A stretch of 63,188 nt of DNA, the filler included, from Stramenopiles sp. TOSAG23-2 (taxonomy: Eukaryota): the NCBI GenBank assembly GCA_900128395.1. It is 14 parts of 14 records of this genome, joined end to end, with 100 filler letters (N's around TTAATTAATTAA, not from the genome) between each part and the next. Parts side by side here need not be neighbours in the genome. Positions count along the whole stretch, not along the records: positions 20,271 to 25,229 come from LT650766.1; positions 25,330 to 30,284 come from LT650767.1; positions 30,385 to 35,338 come from LT650768.1; 11 more parts are not named here. One strand, written 5' to 3'. The first letter of the stretch is position 1, and every line of letters begins with the position of its first letter. The position numbers and the translations under genes were made by a program. The notes beneath the pieces are model-generated. The model was given only the letters and a program-made list of their open reading frames with translations. It did not search any database and was not told the DNA's origin. Below, piece by piece: positions 22,359 through 35,280 of the stretch.

Positions 22359-22703
22359 ATGAAAAAGAATCAGACAAATCCAATTGTAAAAGAAGCAGAT
22401 GATTTTGATATAACTGATAAAAATCTACTATTTAATGTCTTGCTTTTTGTCATTCTCTTTACCCTCTTAGCTGTAAGCTTTTTAATTTTTAGAGGTATGA
22501 AAAAAAATAGTAAATATTCTAATGATATATATGCAGTAGATGATGATAGTGATGATGATGAAAATGGAAATCGAAACATGAAGACGTTGTTGTTGTCTTC
22601 TGATTTTTCCGGTAGCAGTGATAAAAAAATAAATAGAGATATTGAAGTATCATATCTGCCTCCTACAATAATTTCAAGTGAAGTTGAAGTGCGTAAATAT
22701 TGA
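22359..22703 (+). CDS. Small single-pass membrane protein, unknown
   Basis: 114 aa; one hydrophobic segment, then basic and acidic stretches. Confidence 0.6.
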   Translation: MKKNQTNPIVKEADDFDITDKNLLFNVLLFVILFTLLAVSFLIFRGMKKNSKYSNDIYAVDDDSDDDENGNRNMKTLLLSSDFSGSSDKKINRDIEVSYLPPTIISSEVEVRKY

Positions 22704-22972
22704 TGAAAGGAAATGTATAAATAAAGAATAGAATAGAGAGGCAACATGCGAAAAAGATATCATATAGATATTATGATGATATATACGAAAAGTATATGAT
22801 ACGCGTAAATTATAGAACAAAAGATGTACTATATATATTTTGTTCATGATGCACACATTTTAAATGTAAAAAAACATCCTATATAGATTATATATATATG
22901 TATTATTTACACGAGTATGTTTTAAATTTTTTTAAATCGCGATATGCGAGTGTGTAAGAACCGCCCACATTT

Positions 22973-24341
22973 TTATTTTCTATACTCTGGATCAATTGGA
23001 AACGTAGATTCTGATAATATTCCACTTTCTCCACATACATGTTCACTTTTTGGATAAGGTGGACCACATGCTGAACCATCTTTTGTTTTCAAATCTTGTA
23101 GATTCTGATAATATTCCACTTTCTCCACATACATGTTCACTTTTTGGATAAGGTGGACCACATGCTGAACCATCTTTTGTTTTCAAATCTTCACCACAAG
23201 GTTCTTTACCTTCTCCATACCTAGCCAAGCGAATATAACCATTTTCACCCCAATCTGCACCCCATGAATTGCGTACTATCCAATACATGTTACTGGCATT
23301 TTTTTCATTTGCACCATATCCAACTAATTGAACGGCATGATTGATTTCCCAACATTGTTTTGCTTTCTTCTTCTTCTTCGCATGTATATTACAACTAAAA
23401 ATGCCAGATTCATAAAATTCGAAATCATCACTAACAGCAACAGCAACAGACAATGGTCCTTGTAATACTGCTTCGATTAAAGGTTTGTATTCATTTGCTG
23501 GCAATGCAATATGTCCTTTCACAGTAGCTGCAGGTATAATTTTTTTTGGTCTGCACGTTTTATCTTTACCATTTTTACTTTTATATGGATAATCTTTCTC
23601 CGAAGTCAATCCAACAGTAGCAAGATAATCATACCCCAATGCTTCAGTTGCACCATCGCAATTACCAGTTCCACCACAATGTTCTGGATTTGGTGTACAA
23701 GCTGTTATTTGTTGAGCCGATAATTCGACTAACTTTTTTTCATCACTTGCAAGAGCAGCTCGACTTTCAATAGTTTCAGCAACACTAAATGCCCAACACG
23801 AACCGCAGTCACCTTGATCTTTAACAGGTGTCAATACGTTTTTCTTTGTTCTCCAATCAACGGAGTCTGGGGCATTACCAATATTTGTATGTTTACTAGA
23901 ACTACTAAGGCTAAAGTTTGTGTATGCATTAACAAAATTATTTCTAAAACCATTATAATGTCTTTTTTTTCCTCGGCGTAACCTTCTTTCATAAAATTCT
24001 TCTTGACTCCAGTCGGTAAAGATATTAACACCCATATGATACGATACATTTGGAATTTCATTATGTTCCATAATATATTTTAAATTTTTGTTAAAATTCT
24101 TCTCACGTTGTACAAACTCTTCTGTATCAATATATGCTTTTTCATATTCAACTACATATTTATCAAACGTATAATTATTCGATAGTTCATACCACCGTGT
24201 ATGACGACGGTGATGTTGATTATTATTAATTATTGTTGCTGCATTTACATCATTCCCGACAACAATATATAATAAAGCTATTGTTATTATTACTGTAAAA
24301 GATGACATTGATTGTGTTGTTGTCATATTATATCTATTCAT
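22973..24341 (-). CDS. Papain-family (C1A) cathepsin L-like cysteine protease
   Basis: Signal peptide, ERFNIN/GNFD-like prodomain, QGDCGSCWAFS, INHAV and WIVRNSWG. A 94-bp tandem duplication (23004-23191) frameshifts the tail; removing it gives ...GILSESTFPIDPEYRK* ending at 22973. Confidence 0.93.
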
Positions 24342-24625
24342 ATTTTATATTATATCCTGTATATAACATCTACACTCTTGGATCTATCTATATAGGTCGT
24401 CTGTACTCTATATATATCTTAATCTATCCGATACAGGGACGTTCTCCCTGCTATATTAATATTTATTATTCAAAATGTATATGATATCAAATTCTCATCT
24501 TTTGATGCACCTCTTCACCTCTTCAAAATTATTATTCTTCGACGACGAGTTCGAACTCCTGATGGATGAACTCCTCGTATTAGTATGAGTATTACTATAC
24601 GATTTTATTATCCTTTTCATAGAGT

Positions 24626-24719
24626 AATCATTCCCGACAACAATATATAATAAAGCTATTGTTATTATTACTGTAAAAGATGGCATTGATTGTATTGTTG
24701 TCATGTTATATCTATTCAT
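24626..24719 (-). pseudogene. Truncated duplicate of the cathepsin 5' end (signal peptide only)
   Basis: MNRYNMTTIQSMPSFTVIITIALLYIVVGND differs by a few substitutions from the start of the intact gene, then switches to unrelated repeat sequence. Confidence 0.6.
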
Positions 24720-25746
24720 ATTTTATATATTATATCCTGTATATAACATCTACACTCTTGGATCTATCTATATATAGGTCGTCTATACTCTTTATATATC
24801 TTAATCTATCCGATACAGGGACGTTCTCCCTGCTATATATATATTTATTATTCAAAATGTATACTATTATGTCAAAATTCTCATCTTCAAAATTCTGATT
24901 CGAGTTCGACGATTCGACGAGTTCGAACTCAAGAAATCCTCGTATTAGTATGAGTATTACTATACGATTTTATTATCCTTTTCATAGAGTATATTAACAC
25001 GGGAATAGCACCTTTTTTTACTCTCTTTTTCTCCATATTTTTTTGAGCAACACACACAACAAAAACATAAATAAAAATAAGAAAATCCGATACAGGGACG
25101 TTCTCCCTGCTATATATATATTTATTATTCAAAATGTATACTATTATGTCAAAATTCTCATCTTCAAAATTCTGATTCGAGTTCGACGATTCGACGAGTT
25201 CGAACTCAAGAAATCCTCGTATTAGTATGNNNNNNNNNNNNNNNNNNNNNNNNNNNNNNNNNNNNNNNNNNNNTTAATTAATTAANNNNNNNNNNNNNNN
25301 NNNNNNNNNNNNNNNNNNNNNNNNNNNNNTAACTCAACAAATAATAATAAAAAAAAAAAAATGTCTATCATCATATCTACATGTAATACCAGTAGTGGTG
25401 GTAGAAATTTATAGACTAGAATATAATATTAATAGTAGTCTATAGATAAAAATATATAAAGCACTATATAAATATATATATATACTCTAACATATGATAT
25501 ATATATTATACACAGCAGAATGGAACAAAAATAAATACCAATTGCTTTACTTATAATTCAATTTTGCATTGTGTGCCATTATTTAATATGTATAATATAT
25601 ATTTATTTCAAATCATTTTTTATTTGAATAATATATATATATACTCTAACATATGATATATATATTATACACAGCAGAATGGAACAAAAATAAATACCAA
25701 TTGCTTTACTTATAATTCAATTTTGCATTGTGTGCCATTATTTAAT

Positions 25747-28700
25747 ATGTATAATATATATTTATTTCAAATCATTTTTTATTTGTTACTTGTATTAACT
25801 ATTACCACTTTTGCTAAAACTGATTTGAATCAAGACCAGGTATTGAAAATTTTATATGAAGCTATTGATTTTCAACAAAATAATAATTTTGAAAAAGCTA
25901 TTGAAAAGTACAATTACATATTACAACGATACCCTAATCATCCTGATGCTTTGCATTTATCTGGTATAGCGCATCATTACATCGGTGGAAGAAAAATAAA
26001 CCATTTAGCAGGCAGTGTTTCTGCAATTTCTCCGAACCTTCTACAAACATATAAAAAAAATGAAAAAATAGCGGAACAATTAGTTCGACAAGCAATTCTT
26101 GTAAAACCAAGTGATTCAAATTTTTACAACACGCTAGGTGAAATAATACGATTAAGTAGTATCAATATGCAACATGTAAACTATAAAGACAGTCAATTGG
26201 GTCGTTTGGAAGAATCCTTAAGTGTGTATCGGAATGGTATTGACGTTCTTATGCCAGGATTTTTGAAAAAGCTTACAAGTAATCCAGTACGAGAATTACA
26301 AATTTACGATATGTTCAATTTGAATAATAATAATAACGATAATATGCCAGAAGGAACTGCAAATACCCCTGATTTGTCAGATTTAATGAAAAATTATGGT
26401 TTAGCTTTAATGCAGACGAAAGATATCGATTATACCGTGATTTATTATGAAAATTTAGTGAAATTGAACCCAAAAAATGTAGATTACCAATTTAATTTAG
26501 CAATGAATCTACGTAGAAAAAAAAACGATGTAGAATATGCCAGGGCATATAATGTATTTAACTATATTGTTGAAAAACATCCAAATATAATATCAGCTAA
26601 AATGCAATTAGCTATTACATGTCAAATGCAAGGTAGAATTGGAGATGCTATAAATATTTATAATGAAATTATTAAAGTCAAAGGAAACGATCATGGAAAT
26701 GATGGTACTGTAAAAATGGATGAATCCTTTGTGCAATCACTAGATGATGTAACACGTCAAACAATCATGGTAAATTTAGGTGCTGCGCATCAAGAAAGTG
26801 GACATTTTCACAAAGCAATTTATTTATATCAACGCAATTTAAAAGAATTACCAAATGATGCAAGGGCTTGGAACAATCTTGGAAGTAGTTTATGGCAGAT
26901 TGGTGATGCTCAAAAAAGTGTAGATGCATATATGAAAGCAATAGATATTGATCCGACGGGAGGTGAGGCATATGTAAATTTAGGTGTTGCGTATTATGAA
27001 TATGGCAACATCGAAAAATGTACAAATGCTTACGAGACGGCTTATAATATAACGAAAAATGACGGTTTATTAATGAGATTGGCTACCATGACATTGCCAA
27101 TCATGACTTCAATGGAACAAATAAAGAAAGATCGCCATCAATTGAAAACAGCAATAATGAAATTATATAATAGGATAATAGACGGAACAAATCCAGTATA
27201 TTTGGACGAACCTGTGAAAGATATTGAAAGAGTTCATTTTTATTATTTATACCATGGGAAAAATGAAATATTTAATCAAATTATGATGTGCAATTTGTAT
27301 TTCAATAGTGCCAAACATGTATTGCCATTTGTTTCAAATTATTTATCATACAAGCCGTACTCACATACGTTGGAGGCATTGAATTTGCCACATTCTGATG
27401 GTAAAATTGTAGTTGGATTTGTCAGCAAATTTTTAGTTATAAATCATGCGCATGGACAATTATTAGAAGGTATTGTACAACATCTAGACCGAAATATTTT
27501 TTATATTGTTGCATTGGTAATTCCAAATCCACAAAATGTATTGTTGCCATCTATTGCCAATAGCGCAGATTATGTAATAAGGCTACCATTTGCATTGAAA
27601 GAAGTGAGAGGTATTATTAGCGATTTAAAATTGGATATTTTAGTGTTTGCAGACATGCTTAGTGAACCATTGACATATTTTATGGGATTAGGAAGTCGAA
27701 TGGCCCCAATTCAATGTCTCTTCTGGGGAAATCCAGTGACGAGCGGTACGCCAGATAACATTGATTATTTTATAACAGGCGAGTGGATGGAAGAGGAAGG
27801 TATGGGAGGTCGACATGATACGTATGATCCTAGGACAAAAAACAATTGGATGGAACGGGAAGGTGAGGATCATAGAATTAAAAAAAAATCCTCGAAAATT
27901 GCTTCTCAATATACAGAACAATCGGTTAGATTACGTGGACAAGGTATTTGGTATGATAAAATTCCTATACCTTTAAATATTAATGATCCATATGGTTTTG
28001 AAACTGTAAATAGTGAAGATATGATTTTACCGTGGCAAAATGAACCAGGCACTTTGACATATATTTGTGCACAATCATTATTCAAATTGCACCCACATTA
28101 TGATACGATAATTCAAAAAATACTAGAAGCGACGCCAAATTCCTATTTGGTATTGCTACAAGGTCGCAGACAAACTTGGACCGAAATGATAAAAACTCGA
28201 ATGAAAAGTACAATGACCAACGATGTTTTCAAACGTATTTTTTTTACCCGTAGAGTTGGAAGTAGCAATGATTATTTAAGAGTGTTAAATAAAGCAGACA
28301 TAATATTACACCCATTTCCATTTGGTGGTAGCAAAACAAGTGCGGATGGGATATTGTTGAACAAACCTACAGTTGTATTAGTCACGGATAAATTGCGCTG
28401 TCGCATGGCATTTAGCTATTTTGTCACTATGGGTATTTATGATACAGTTGTATATACTGAAGATGAGTACGTCCGGAAAGCAGTGGAGCTAGGTTTAAAT
28501 GAAGATTTACGAAATGAAATAGGAAACAAGATGAAATTGCAAAGTCATAAAATTTGGGAAAGGATGGAAGTAATAGATGCATGGAGTCGTTTTTTTCAAA
28601 GAGCATATTTAGGTAGTCGTAGTGGAAATTTTCCAGCATATAATAGAAAATGGAATGGTGAAGTTAAATCAAGAAAAGAATTTGAATCTAATGTGCCAGC

Positions 28701-30255
28701 ACCACCTCCACCACCACCACATTCGCCACCACCATCAACAGTGCCAATTATTGCTAGAGGCAATAATTTATCTACTGTACATGTCGATACGATGGAGAAA
28801 CCAGCTGAAGAAGAAAAGTACCAAGAGGAAGATAATGCAGCTTCAGTGCTAGACATATTGGCACAAAATGCACAAGTAGCTTTTAGGCAAGGAAATCCAA
28901 TAAAAGCGGAAGAAATATTTAGAAAGATCTTATTGATGGATCCATCTAATCCATACGTTCGAAATGATCTAGCTGCCGTCTTAAAACACCAAAGAAGGTT
29001 GAAAGAATCAGAGCATGAATTTTTAAGAGCAATAGAATTAAAACCCGATTACACTACAGCAATGGCAAATTTAGGTGTTATTCGACATGAAATGTATGAT
29101 TTCGAGGGTGCGAAGGAAATGTATGAATTAGTGTTGAAATTAGACAAGACAAATTTAAATGCATTGTATAATCTTGGTAATTATTATCGCGATACAAATC
29201 AAGTAAAAAAAGCTGTTGCATTATATGTAAATCATTTAGAATTAAATTATAAAGGTTATAATTACATTCTGTTATTGTCAATGATGAACTTTAGGGATAA
29301 AACTATGCTTTTCGATATAGCCATGAAATATTTATATGATAACAATAAAGTTGAGAAGGATTTGAATGTCTTACATGAAGTTACACGAATATCTAATGTT
29401 AAGTATGATGAAGCAATCAATAATTTATGCAAACTTAGCCAGGATGTAGGTTTGTTTGATGTAGATTATGATTTTGATACTGGGTTACCAATTATAATAA
29501 ATGAATTATTAACGGTGAATGATTTTAGTATAAATAATATCGATGATGATGATGGGTATAGTGGATTACAATTGCATTTATTTATGCAATACTACATTGC
29601 AACTGATAATGAGCGGCAAAACGAAATTGATAAAGTATTATTTTATAATTTGCAAAATAATCATTTTGAAAAAGTACACTGTTTTATAGAAAGAAGTGAT
29701 AGAAACTGGAAACGATTTTTCATTAATAAATTTATTGAAATGGGTTATAAAAATGTCACTGACTTAGTAAATAATAAAATCCAACTTATATATACCAGTG
29801 GGAAACGATTGCGATATGATATGGCTTTAGAATATTCTTATCAATATTTGGATAAAAATGTCATTGTTGTATTATCAAATTCTGATATTTATTTTGATAG
29901 CAGTATTATTTTAGCAAAGAAAGTTCAACACAATGAGGTATATACATTACTAAGGTATGAAAGTGGTGATATGGGAAAAAAAAAGTTGATAGTAAGGATA
30001 GATCAACAAGATGTTTGGATATACCATTCAAAGTTATTAGAGCAGGTTAGTAATATTGGATTGTTCATGTTTGAATTAGGTAGGCCAAGATGTGATACCC
30101 GTGTTGCTATGGCATTCACAGAAGAAAACCTAATTGTGAAAAATGTTCCATTGAATATAAAATCTCATCACGTTCAAGAAAATCCGAGGAGAACGTATAC
30201 AAATGAGGACCAGATACCTGGAGAATTAAAATATAGTAGACTAGAGTTTTTGTAA
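25747..30255 (+). CDS. TPR + GT41 (OGT/SPINDLY-like) glycosyltransferase with extra TPRs and a C-terminal GT-like domain
   Basis: TPRs (AWNNLG, AYVNLG). GT41 motifs KIVVGFVS..HAHG, LDILVFAD, RMAPIQCLFWGNPVTSG..IDYFI, QSLFKLHP and ADIILHPFPFGGSKTS. C-terminal SNSDIYFD...QQDVWIY...LGRPRCD. Hydrophobic N-terminus. Confidence 0.88.
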   Translation: MYNIYLFQIIFYLLLVLTITTFAKTDLNQDQVLKILYEAIDFQQNNNFEKAIEKYNYILQRYPNHPDALHLSGIAHHYIGGRKINHLAGSVSAISPNLLQTYKKNEKIAEQLVRQAILVKPSDSNFYNTLGEIIRLSSINMQHVNYKDSQLGRLEESLSVYRNGIDVLMPGFLKKLTSNPVRELQIYDMFNLNNNNNDNMPEGTANTPDLSDLMKNYGLALMQTKDIDYTVIYYENLVKLNPKNVDYQFNLAMNLRRKKNDVEYARAYNVFNYIVEKHPNIISAKMQLAITCQMQGRIGDAINIYNEIIKVKGNDHGNDGTVKMDESFVQSLDDVTRQTIMVNLGAAHQESGHFHKAIYLYQRNLKELPNDARAWNNLGSSLWQIGDAQKSVDAYMKAIDIDPTGGEAYVNLGVAYYEYGNIEKCTNAYETAYNITKNDGLLMRLATMTLPIMTSMEQIKKDRHQLKTAIMKLYNRIIDGTNPVYLDEPVKDIERVHFYYLYHGKNEIFNQIMMCNLYFNSAKHVLPFVSNYLSYKPYSHTLEALNLPHSDGKIVVGFVSKFLVINHAHGQLLEGIVQHLDRNIFYIVALVIPNPQNVLLPSIANSADYVIRLPFALKEVRGIISDLKLDILVFADMLSEPLTYFMGLGSRMAPIQCLFWGNPVTSGTPDNIDYFITGEWMEEEGMGGRHDTYDPRTKNNWMEREGEDHRIKKKSSKIASQYTEQSVRLRGQGIWYDKIPIPLNINDPYGFETVNSEDMILPWQNEPGTLTYICAQSLFKLHPHYDTIIQKILEATPNSYLVLLQGRRQTWTEMIKTRMKSTMTNDVFKRIFFTRRVGSSNDYLRVLNKADIILHPFPFGGSKTSADGILLNKPTVVLVTDKLRCRMAFSYFVTMGIYDTVVYTEDEYVRKAVELGLNEDLRNEIGNKMKLQSHKIWERMEVIDAWSRFFQRAYLGSRSGNFPAYNRKWNGEVKSRKEFESNVPAPPPPPPHSPPPSTVPIIARGNNLSTVHVDTMEKPAEEEKYQEEDNAASVLDILAQNAQVAFRQGNPIKAEEIFRKILLMDPSNPYVRNDLAAVLKHQRRLKESEHEFLRAIELKPDYTTAMANLGVIRHEMYDFEGAKEMYELVLKLDKTNLNALYNLGNYYRDTNQVKKAVALYVNHLELNYKGYNYILLLSMMNFRDKTMLFDIAMKYLYDNNKVEKDLNVLHEVTRISNVKYDEAINNLCKLSQDVGLFDVDYDFDTGLPIIINELLTVNDFSINNIDDDDGYSGLQLHLFMQYYIATDNERQNEIDKVLFYNLQNNHFEKVHCFIERSDRNWKRFFINKFIEMGYKNVTDLVNNKIQLIYTSGKRLRYDMALEYSYQYLDKNVIVVLSNSDIYFDSSIILAKKVQHNEVYTLLRYESGDMGKKKLIVRIDQQDVWIYHSKLLEQVSNIGLFMFELGRPRCDTRVAMAFTEENLIVKNVPLNIKSHHVQENPRRTYTNEDQIPGELKYSRLEFL

Positions 30256-30385
30256 AAAAGATACGCTTCGTAAAAAATACGGCCNNNNNNNNNNNNNNNN
30301 NNNNNNNNNNNNNNNNNNNNNNNNNNNNTTAATTAATTAANNNNNNNNNNNNNNNNNNNNNNNNNNNNNNNNNNNNNNNNNNNNT

Positions 30386-30417
30386 AATAATAATGATGAT
30401 GATACTAGTATCAATAG

Positions 30418-30453
<36 letters not shown>

Positions 30454-32101
30454 TAAAAAAAAGAAAATGAATAATCAGTCCAATGATGGTTCAATAAACG
30501 AATCAGATTGGACAAAAAATTTACCAACCATTCCTTCATTAGGAGATGTGTTAGATGATGATGCTACTCACAACGGCGAAAATGACGACGACGATAGTAC
30601 TACCACCAATAATCGTTACAACCCATCATCGAGATTACGACGAAATCCTAGTGAATCTATTGATGATACAAATAATAAAAATACGACGGAACAGGAATAT
30701 TTAGATTTAATACCGCCAGGGAAATTAGAAATAGAAATTAAAGATTGTACATTAACACAAAAGAAAAATATGTTTACTCATCCATCTATCTATGTGAAAA
30801 CAAATTGTTTATGGAAAGATGATGATGAAAAGCATGAATTTAAAACATCTGCTTTGCCATTTATTGGTAGTAATAAACCAATTGTTTGGGAAAATACATA
30901 TATTGATGATAATAACCGGGATGGTCAAAAAAAAAATAATAATAATATTGAAACATTTTATTTCCCAGGTGGAAAAGAAGTTAAGCATGAACCAAGATTA
31001 GCAATTGGTGTATATGCTGAACGTATTAAACGATCGACTGGAAAACGCACAGAAAAACAACTTGGTACTGGTATATTAAATATTATATCTGTTCTTGCTT
31101 CACCAAATATACAGCAAATTGAATCACGCATTCGTATAAATTCAAATATGAAAAAAATTGGTATAGTTAATATTGGTATACGATTCATTCCATCACGAGC
31201 TTTTCGTGGAAAATTAGTGTCACCAACACCTCTTGTTAGTAATAATACAGATAACACAGGATTAGGAACATTACAATTGGAAATACCAGAATCATATTCA
31301 AATCCAGAGGTGCGAAATAGAAGAAGATCAAAAGATGTTACCAGTAAAGGTAAAGCTGATGTTTCCAATGAACAAATGAGAGGAAATCATGATAATAATA
31401 ATATTAATAATAATAACAAGCGACGATATAGTAAAGCTACACCTGTTGATATAGATGGGAATATGAATAGTCTTTTTTCTGATAATAAGTCTTCTTCTTC
31501 CAATGCTGCTGCTACTGGTGCTGTTAATTTTAATACCGAAAAGAAAAATGAAGATCCAACCAATCGCAATTCGTCGCCATCGTCTTCTATTGCACCATTG
31601 TTATTATGTTTATCAACACGAATACATATTGATTTGTTAAAACGTCGATTTTTGAAAAAAAGTAAATTAGTAAATAATACTGTCATACAAGATGTCAACC
31701 AATTGAAAGAATTTATTGATACAATTGAGGTTAAGCCAGAAAGCAATACATTATCTACATTTCTACATAATGAATCGCTTATACAAGGTGATAGATATAT
31801 TCATGATGCATCAACTAGTGAAATGAAAATATGTAAAGCCTTTCATAAAGATCGTGAACAATTTATAAAAGCTAGTAATCGTGAATTAGATAAAATTACG
31901 AATGAAATCCATGATAATATTACAAAATTCAATAGTTTACGGGAGGAAGATGAAGAAACATTGGAAAATATATTTAATCCAAAATCAAAAGATACATATA
32001 TTAGCTTGTTGAAACGTGTATTATTTCATCGTATGTTTTTATTTATCAATGGTTTTGTATTGATTGGATTATTATTTATATCATCGTATTATTATATGTA
32101 G
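30386..32101 (+). CDS. C2-domain protein with a C-terminal TM anchor, possibly 5'-partial
   Basis: GKLEIEIKDCTL...SIYVK...PIVWEN...LAIGVY...QLGTGILNI...IGIVNIGIRF fits a C2 fold. Terminal hydrophobic segment; frame open to the contig edge. Confidence 0.7.
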
Positions 32102-33026
32102 TAGTGGGTGGCATCTTCACGATTCATCAATCATATGATAGTTGTGTGTCGGTATTTTTATTCTTTTGAAGAGTATGATATGCATAGGAATTACGCTCGT
32201 ATCATGAGTAAAATTAAAAATAAAAATTTATATGTGTGCGTAAAATTAATTATTACTCGTACGTACGAGTATATATATGATGCATTATAATATGTACGAA
32301 GTACACAATTATAAAAATGTATATCGTACTCGTACGAAGTATGATAATATTTGTGTGATATTTTAATACGAAGTATGTGATATTTTTTTAATGTATTAAT
32401 ATGTACGAGTAGTTTGGTAAGTTTGGTATACGACACTGTACACTGTGAGTACCACGCACATACTTTTTTCTGTTTTTGAAAAAGTACCTTGTATTAATAT
32501 ATAAAAAAAGTAATTTTCTCTTTACATATATCATATACGTACAATCACGAATTTTATAAATATTGCACCCTTATTCCTGTTACGAATAATTGGTACGAAG
32601 TTATAACATGATAGTATGATATGCGTGACATAATTTATGAAGATATGATACGGTAGTATGTTTGACATCATTTATGCGTTCTTTCGTTCGTCGTCACATA
32701 TGTACTTTAATTTTCTCCTTACAAATTATCAGTCAAATGAAATATATACTAAAATAATCTTTGCTATTTCAGTATAATATAATAATGAATTTATAAATTA
32801 TTGAGAAGCCTGATCCCTGCCTGTTCCCGAGGTTCGTATAATTTATGAAGTTATGATATGATAATGGTTTGCATGACATCATTATTGCGTTCTTTCGCTC
32901 AACGCTTATTTTGGATTGTCACCGCATGTACATTTAATTTTTTCATGTACTACTTTCGTGTAATCAAGATATTTTATGCTTGCACTTTTGAAACGGATGA
33001 ACTTGCGTTGTTATCCATTAAGTATT

Positions 33027-35280
33027 TCACACGATACCCGCGTCTGTACGCGTAATCGCCTTTGTGAACTCGCGCTGTTTCACCAGAAATGGCTTTGACC
33101 TTACCGTCTGAGTTTGGCCTGCTCCGTTCAATACGCGTACCTCCACCTGGACCCACTCTCCTATGGGTAAGTTCGCAGGGTCATGAAATGCGTAACTGCC
33201 TGAGTTGGGGACAATTTGGCGTGTGGCAGGTCTAAGTCTTCTGTAAGGGAGTATAGTTGTACCATTGCTAAATGAAACAATCCTATACCTTGACATGTCC
33301 CAGCGGACAGATGATTCAGAGTCAAAAACATTTTGCAGCGAAATAGACAGGGGCGTGTCGACATAAATAAAACCACTCATCGATCCTTCCAGCGAATTGA
33401 ATACACCAACATGTTCTAACGCAAAGGTGTTATCGACGGTATACGTATATTTCTGACGAGTTGACAAGTGTCTCCATTTGTATTCAACGACCATGTTGAT
33501 GTTCTCTCCATCGTCCATACTTTTGATGGTTTGGTGTAACAACCTTGTACCATTCCCTTGAATTTCAGCTTCATCCCAATGTTTGCTTTCGTTGCTTGAA
33601 CGCCAAGAGAAAGTAATCTTCTCCTCCACATCTGCAGGTTTCGGAATTTTGTTGATTTTGTAATCAACACTTGTGGAAAGGTACTTTAGTGGCTCTTTAT
33701 TGTAGTCTTGTGTGTCGGCTCTATAAATTCCCACTCCATTAATTAATACTTCTAAATCGGGGGCTTTCATCAGGAGTGATGATGTTCCACTACAACCTGT
33801 GCCCAGTTGGGTTTCACAACACATAGTGAAGTACATGTACGTAGCTTCCTCTTCCTGCAAAGATCTGTCATAAGCAATTGTCCAATTAATGTTCCCATTT
33901 AACGCCAAATCCATTTGACTACCATAATGAGCAGCTCTTTCCTCGGGACCTGCATACAATACACAACCCCCCCCTGAAACTTTCACTGGGAATTCTACAG
34001 TCCACTTGACGGGAATATGCACTACGGCCTCACTTGGAACGACGTACGCAGTGGCTGGTACAGTAACATTAATCGACGATTTTGGCATGTCCTCGATTAC
34101 TTCAATTAAAATCTTTTTGCTTGTATGTGTTTGTCTACCATCTTTTGCCACCATGCAAAATTCAAAATTAATTGTTTTTCCAGGTACTCTCAGCTTTTTT
34201 TGAAGCTGCACCTCGTACAATCTTTTGGCTTTAGGCGGAGACAACGTCATCCAAGTAGAGTTGTATAAGGGACTTTCGCGAACTGTATTTTCTCCACTTA
34301 CTTCCGTGGCTCGATACTTCAGCCGGGCAACTGGAACATTGGGGGAGACTTTCACGATAGAAAAATGAAGGGGGTCATTTGTATGCATCCATTTTCGTTC
34401 TTCATGTTTAGACCCAACATACATTTTAAATTCAAGATCTATATTACGCCCATCGCAGAAAAAGTGATATGTCCGCAGCCAACATTTGTTGGTCGTAGCA
34501 CAGACATTCACATCAACGTCTACCATACTGGGGCATATAGTTTGGTTTCTGGGAAATATTAGTGCCATAGAACTAGTGTCACTGGGAACAACAACATTAG
34601 CCTCAAATGCACTCCCATGATTAGCTGGTGTAATTCTGGCTTTTCCTACTACCACATTTATGGGCGCTTGGGAGGCGCCCCTCTGTACATGACTTGTCCA
34701 GCTGATGTTTATAGATCTCAGATCGGGCACCGTGTTGCCGTTACGAACAACTTTGACCCCGTTTTGTGAGTCGACCGCTACAACCGTAAGGTCTAGAGCC
34801 CGGGGGGGGGAGCAGTCTAATGTTACAGCCTTCACAATACGTTTCACCTGACTGCAGGAACATACGTCAAGCGTAACAAAGATGGTCCTTGGTTTCATGG
34901 TATTTGTAGACTGTGATATAGGGACTGGTAGTGATAAAGTTTTCTCATTGGAAATATTTTCTAAACTGAAACGCCCTATTGAATCAGTCCCCGGCATTGA
35001 GCCCAAAAGAACCGAATAACTTGCATCTGCATTATAACTCTTACTGCGCAAAACAACTGGTAAATTAGGGCCGCAGAAGTATTTTGGTNNNNNNNNNNNN
35101 NNNNNNNNNNNNNNNGCCCCCCCCAAGGAAAAACTCTCTGGAGTATACTTCTGCAATGTTTTTCACAGCATCGGATGTGGTGAATACAACGTAACTCCTC
35201 GACCAAGCAGTTTTAGCTATTGGAAGATGACATGAATACTCTGCATTATTTGTAGCATTGAAAGCTTTTATATATCCTTG
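33027..35280 (-). CDS. Fragment of a large Ig/fibronectin-III-like beta-sandwich repeat protein
   Basis: Long beta-rich ORF. VFDSESSV...LPIGEWVQVEVRVLNGAGQTQTVRSKPFLV and VTLDCSPP resemble FnIII-like repeats. The N gap at 35089-35115 makes the 5' frame uncertain. Confidence 0.6.

Noticed and set aside
23004-23191. Alternative C-termini or programmed frameshift in the cathepsin
   Set aside because: Exact 94-bp tandem duplication of the type seen throughout the window (1491-1752, about 20526-20780, 25471-25785, 44135-44348, 45099-45370); most likely an assembly artefact.
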